From a virus (taxonomy: Duplodnaviria > Caudoviricetes), in the IMG/VR virus record IMGVR_UViG_3300042549_000862, positions 1 through 46,059 of that record: a stretch of DNA of 46,059 nucleotides; one strand, given 5' to 3'. Of this stretch, positions 43,278 to 46,059 are shown piece after piece. The first letter of the stretch is position 1. Each line of letters starts with the position of its first letter. The translations under genes were made by a program, and so were the position numbers. The notes under the pieces were generated by a model that was not told the DNA's origin, searched no databases, and was given only the letters and a program-made list of their open reading frames with translations.

Positions 43278-43682
43278 ATGAATACAGAGATTATCCCTAT
43301 GGATAAGCTCGCCAAGGCGTACTTGAAGATACGCACAGCAAAAAGCGAGCTGACCCAAAAATACGAAGACGAGATGGCCGCGCTGGACGAGCAGGAGAAC
43401 CAGCTTGAGTCGGCTATGAAAGATCAGATGCTGGCGCTGGGCACGAAGTCCATGCGCACTGACGCTGGCACCGTGATGCTTGGCACCAAAACCCGCTACA
43501 CCACACAAGATTGGGGGTCGTTCAAAGAGTTTGTCATTCAGAACGATGCCGTCGATCTTCTGGAACGCCGTATTGCCCAGCGCAACATGGCTCAGTTCCT
43601 TGAAGAAAATCCCGGCAAAGTACCGCCGGGGCTTAACGCTGATACGCAGTATCAGATTAGTGTTCGTAAACCTTCTAAGTGA
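43278..43682 (+). CDS. Conserved replication-module hypothetical protein
   Basis: KLAKAYLKIR...SMRTDAGT...DWGSF..F...LLERRI...PPGL. Confidence 0.8.
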   Translation: MNTEIIPMDKLAKAYLKIRTAKSELTQKYEDEMAALDEQENQLESAMKDQMLALGTKSMRTDAGTVMLGTKTRYTTQDWGSFKEFVIQNDAVDLLERRIAQRNMAQFLEENPGKVPPGLNADTQYQISVRKPSK

Positions 43683-43690
43683 GTAAACCT

Positions 43691-44605
43691 ATGTCAAATA
43701 TTGTTGAATTCAATCCTCAGTCCCTTCCGTCGTTCGTCAAGCGCGGCGCTGTTTCCGCTGTTACCAAAGCACTAGCCGGTGAAGGCGGTGGCAAGCGCAT
43801 CTCTATCAAGGGTGGTGTATTCCGTTTGTACTCTGCTGGTGAAGAGATCGCGTCCATTGACGAGCGTTTCCTTGATGTGGTGATTGTTCACGCTGCTCCG
43901 AAGGTTTCGCGCACGTTCTACATGGGCAAGTATGAAGAGGGCAAGACAACCGCCCCTGACTGCTGGTCGCCCGATGGTGAGCGCCCTTCCCCGCAAGCTG
44001 AGAAGCCACAATCATCCACGTGTGCAAGCTGCCCTCAGAACATCGCAGGTTCAGGCGATGGCACCAGCAGGGCATGCCGCTACAGTCAGCGTCTGGCTGT
44101 GGTGCTGGAGAACGATATGAACGGCGACGTCATGCAGTTGTCGCTCCCCGCGCAGTCTATCTTCGGCAAGGAGGAAGGCAAGAACCGTCCTCTGCAGGCA
44201 TACGCTCGCTATATGGCAGCGATGGGCGCTGGCCCCGACGCTGTGGTTACCCGCCTGAAGTTCGACACCAAGGCTCCTGTGCCCAAGCTGTTCTTTGAGG
44301 CTAAGCGTTGGTTGACTGATGATGAGTACGCCATCGCGGTGGAGAAAGGTCAGACTCGTGAGGCGATTAACGCTGTCACGATGACGGTTGCTCAGACCGA
44401 TACCAAGGCCATCCCGCAGACGGAAGTGGCAGGTACCGCACCCAAGGCAGCTAAGCCTGCCAAGGCTGCCAAGCCCAAGGTCGAGGAAGAAGAGGAAACC
44501 AGTGAACCGGCAGTGCGCAAGGAGACGAGCGCTTCTGCCAACGTACCCAAAGCAGGCGCTGATCTGGCAAAGATCGTGGATGCGTGGGACGACACTGACG
44601 ACTAA
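43691..44605 (+). CDS. Putative ssDNA-binding/annealing protein
   Basis: RISIKGGVFR, PDCWS.DG..P, CASCPQNIAGSG...RACR; acidic tail WDDTDD; between helicase and primase. Confidence 0.6.
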   Translation: MSNIVEFNPQSLPSFVKRGAVSAVTKALAGEGGGKRISIKGGVFRLYSAGEEIASIDERFLDVVIVHAAPKVSRTFYMGKYEEGKTTAPDCWSPDGERPSPQAEKPQSSTCASCPQNIAGSGDGTSRACRYSQRLAVVLENDMNGDVMQLSLPAQSIFGKEEGKNRPLQAYARYMAAMGAGPDAVVTRLKFDTKAPVPKLFFEAKRWLTDDEYAIAVEKGQTREAINAVTMTVAQTDTKAIPQTEVAGTAPKAAKPAKAAKPKVEEEEETSEPAVRKETSASANVPKAGADLAKIVDAWDDTDD

Positions 44606-44610
44606 CGCTG

Positions 44611-44698
44611 AGTAGCCCAGCCGGAGGTGGCGCTAATAACACCGGCAGCGGGGGCTGACTACCCCTTTCAAGGCTGTCACCTCGGTCAGTGACCCCGC
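44611..44698 (+). ncRNA. Candidate structured intergenic RNA (two hairpins with loop-loop complementarity)
   Basis: GCCGG/CCGGC; GCGGGG-GCTGAC/GTCAGT-GA-CCCCGC; GAGGTGGC can pair with GTCACCTC. Confidence 0.45.
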
Positions 44699-44721
44699 AC
44701 CCTTAACTACACATTACCTAT

Positions 44722-45000
44722 ATGCCTTACTCACCGACTGTTACTGACAGGATTTATAAAGCGCCCAAGACACTGGGCAACCAGCTTGGACGGTACTGCG
44801 TTCATCTGGACGTGCCTGTCATGCTCATTGCCAGCGCCACTGGTGCTACGCGCCAGACGGTCTATAACTGGTTTTCCGGTGGCGAGATACTGCAGCCGTA
44901 CCGTAGCGCTGTCTCGTCTCTTTTACAAATAATGCAGACCTCCCCCACGCTGGAGGAGGCACGGAGAAGAATATGTTCAGCGTTCAACCTTCCCACCTGA
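44722..45000 (+). CDS. Cro/CI-type helix-turn-helix protein
   Basis: VPVMLIASATGATRQTVYNWFSG. Confidence 0.8.
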   Translation: MPYSPTVTDRIYKAPKTLGNQLGRYCVHLDVPVMLIASATGATRQTVYNWFSGGEILQPYRSAVSSLLQIMQTSPTLEEARRRICSAFNLPT

Positions 45001-45131
45001 CAGACAAAGAACTTGTCAGGTACGCCGATATGTTGCTAGACCAAGGACAACTAAACAAGGAGTGGCAGGAAGAACTAATTAAGCGTTTCGAGCAGCTTTT
45101 ACATTCCGAACCCCGCAGCGACTGGCGCTAA
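44973..45131 (+). CDS. Small hypothetical protein (52 aa), absent from the ORF track
   Basis: Hand-translated MFSVQPSHLTDKELVRYADMLLDQGQLNKEWQEELIKRFEQLLHSEPRSDWR; GGAG RBS. Confidence 0.65.
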   Translation: MFSVQPSHLTDKELVRYADMLLDQGQLNKEWQEELIKRFEQLLHSEPRSDWR

Positions 45132-45146
45132 CTTATGGGGGCTATC

Positions 45147-46059
45147 ATGGAACCGCTAGAGTTTCTAGCGGCGGTGCTGCCGTTCGCAGAAAATTATTAC
45201 TGCGTCGCAGAGTTTGACTCCCGCCAGAAAGAACACATCTTCGGCAGCTCGTTGGAAGAGCTTGCAGCTAATGCTGCACAGTTCGACCGCGATCAGAAGG
45301 ATGCGTACTTCGCACTGGCTGCGTACAAACATTCAGGCGACCGCACCGCAGAGAACGCTAAAGTCATGCGTTCGTTTTTTCTCGACATTGATTGCGCGGA
45401 AGACGGACCGAAGACGTACGCAAACAAGGAGATCGGCCTTGCTGCGCTAAATGCCTTTCTTGGAAAGACCAAGCTGGACTCGCTTGGCGCGCCTCTCGTT
45501 GTTGATTCAGGCGGGGGCTACCATGTGTACTGGCCGCTTACTGCCAACATCGACATCGCCACGTGGAAGCCGGTAGCTGAAAACTTCAAGCGCCTGTGCA
45601 AACAGGAGGGGCTGCGCATTGACTTCTCCGTGCCTGCTGATGCAGCGCGGGTCTTGCGTGTGCCCGGCACTACTAACTGGAAGCGTGTCAGGAAGTACGG
45701 CATCACGCTGCCGGTGGTTGTCTGGCAGGAACCCAAGCCTGAAGCCTTTGACTTTGATGAGTTCGCTGCGCTGATCAAGGGCCAGCTTGCAGACCCCGTG
45801 CCGGTCTTTGACACACTGCCCGGAAAGAAACCGTCGCTGCCCAAGACAGCGACAACCATGAAGCTGTTTGAAAACTCAGCTACGTTTTTCAAATCAATCT
45901 TACAAAAAACCGCGAAAGGGGAAGGCTGCGGCCAACTCAAATACTATCTAGACAACGCGCAGGAAGATGGCATGGAGCCTCTCTGGCGCGGCCTCTTGTC
46001 CATCGCCATCAAGTGCGAGGACGGAGTAAAGGCAGCAAACTTTCTTACAGACCGACACC
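45147..46059 (+). CDS. Archaeo-eukaryotic primase (RepB-like primase-polymerase), truncated by the window end
   Basis: Open frame to the window end: MEPLEFLAAVLP...SFFLDIDC (DxD)...VDSGGGYHVYW...ADAARVLRVPGT.N. Confidence 0.85.
   Translation, partial: MEPLEFLAAVLPFAENYYCVAEFDSRQKEHIFGSSLEELAANAAQFDRDQKDAYFALAAYKHSGDRTAENAKVMRSFFLDIDCAEDGPKTYANKEIGLAALNAFLGKTKLDSLGAPLVVDSGGGYHVYWPLTANIDIATWKPVAENFKRLCKQEGLRIDFSVPADAARVLRVPGTTNWKRVRKYGITLPVVVWQEPKPEAFDFDEFAALIKGQLADPVPVFDTLPGKKPSLPKTATTMKLFENSATFFKSILQKTAKGEGCGQLKYYLDNAQEDGMEPLWRGLLSIAIKCEDGVKAANFLTDRH

Noticed and set aside
44611-44650. Minus-strand resemblance to an HDV ribozyme (GCCGG...CCGGCUGGGC)
   Set aside because: No P3/L3 or P2/P4 elements could be built

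Overview
The whole window is a tailed dsDNA bacteriophage (Caudoviricetes, probably podovirus-like) genome segment, truncated at both ends, with two divergent arms. The minus-strand arm (1-21965) is morphogenesis: TerS, TerL, portal, GroES-like co-chaperonin, scaffold, Mu-gpT-like major capsid, small basic proteins, head-tail/tail proteins, two tandem Gly-rich proteins, a TIGR02466-type 2OG-Fe(II) oxygenase and a probable holin. The plus-strand arm (22393-46059) holds small early genes, an amidoligase plus class II glutamine amidotransferase pair, an 8 kb glycosylation cluster, and a replication module (VRR-NUC, family A polymerase, Cas4-like nuclease, HNH, SNF2 helicase, SSB-like, HTH, AEP primase). 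No integrase, tRNA or CRISPR array was seen. Main observations: (1) five glycosyltransferases plus RfbH, a split YerE-like ThDP enzyme and an SDR, which together look like a branched 3,6-dideoxyhexose (yersiniose-type) pathway; (2) a ~100-nt candidate sRNA bounded by a promoter and terminator, whose loop is complementary to a CCAACCAC+SD leader shared by four phage genes; (3) six 11-5-11 palindromes in the early region; (4) a 334-bp dyad-symmetric AT-rich element; (5) two pseudoknotted intergenic RNAs. All family assignments come from motif recognition by eye; no database search was run.
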